DNA from: a virus | Strand: one strand, 5' to 3' | IMG/VR virus record: IMGVR_UViG_3300002307_000022 | Coordinates: 1 to 44,584 of that record | DNA: 44,584 bases | Shown: positions 44,482-44,584 of the stretch, piece by piece | Layout of the letters: every line of letters starts with the position of its first letter | Numbering within the stretch: the stretch's first letter is position 1 | Made by a program: the position numbers and the translations under genes | The notes under the pieces: model-generated | Told to the model about the DNA's origin: nothing | The model's database searches: none | What the model saw: only the letters and a program-made list of their open reading frames with translations

Positions 44482-44584
44482 TTAAAATCCGAAATATGTT
44501 ATCAGCTGTTAATTTATTTGATTCTAAACCAGGATGATAATCTTCTGTTTTATCAATTATAAAAAATCCATCTGTATATAAATT
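44471..44584 (-). CDS. C-terminal fragment of an SGNH-like protein (starts beyond the window)
   Basis: ...IDKTEDYHPGLESNKLTADNIF...NEK*, a block V D.HPG motif. Confidence 0.55.
   Translation of the reverse strand, partial: NLYTDGFFIIDKTEDYHPGLESNKLTADNIFRILNEK

Noticed and set aside
1-44584. Alternative genetic code or stop-codon reassignment
   Set aside because: Long conserved genes are intact and tightly coupled under the standard code, with TAA, TAG and TGA all used as stops.
21507-44584. RiPP cluster with a precursor peptide
   Set aside because: Intergenic gaps are too short and contain no credible precursor ORF; no RRE/PqqD domain, peptidase or exporter was seen. A precursor outside the window cannot be excluded.
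1-44584. CRISPR array, IS element or rRNA
   Set aside because: No regularly spaced direct repeats, transposase motifs or rRNA-like sequence were seen.

Overview
The window is a 44.6-kb segment of a large, AT-rich, T4-like (Caudoviricetes) phage genome read in the standard genetic code. It has three parts. (1) 1-2.6 kb: the end of a modular Gly-rich/LamG virion protein, then small ORFs. (2) 2.7-21.5 kb, all on the + strand, mostly behind sigma70-type TTGACA..TATAAT promoters: a replication core (family B DNA polymerase, sliding clamp, RNase H/5'-3' exonuclease, DsbA-like protein, MoxR ATPase with a VWA-metallopeptidase). It is interleaved with a 7-deazaguanine DNA-modification cluster: TGT-fold DpdA-like transglycosylase, DpdL-like T-fold protein, FolE and QueE. 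The cluster also carries a GT-B glycosyltransferase, an NDP-sugar epimerase, a purine phosphoribosyltransferase and an orphan gene, which suggests an undescribed, possibly glycosylated, deazaguanine base. (3) 21.5-44.6 kb: a more AT-rich, mixed-strand island behind T4-late-like (A/T)TAAATA boxes, several apparently leaderless. It holds 7 radical SAM enzymes (5 N-terminal-twitch type, 1 with a Tes/GDGT-MAS-like N-terminal metal ribbon, 1 with a C-terminal SPASM/twitch), 5 HxD..H oxygenases, 2 GT10-like proteins, 4 SGNH-like proteins, 2 atypical kinase-fold proteins, and GNAT- and nitroreductase-like proteins. These surround thyX and a tail-fibre-like gene. The island also contains a non-canonical tRNA-Gly-like gene that keeps the GlyRS identity elements but has defects in decoding and EF-Tu elements. 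My best hypothesis is a late-expressed virion-decoration (glycan or post-translational tailoring) system with a dedicated glycyl-tRNA donor. All family calls come from motif recognition by eye; no database searches were run.
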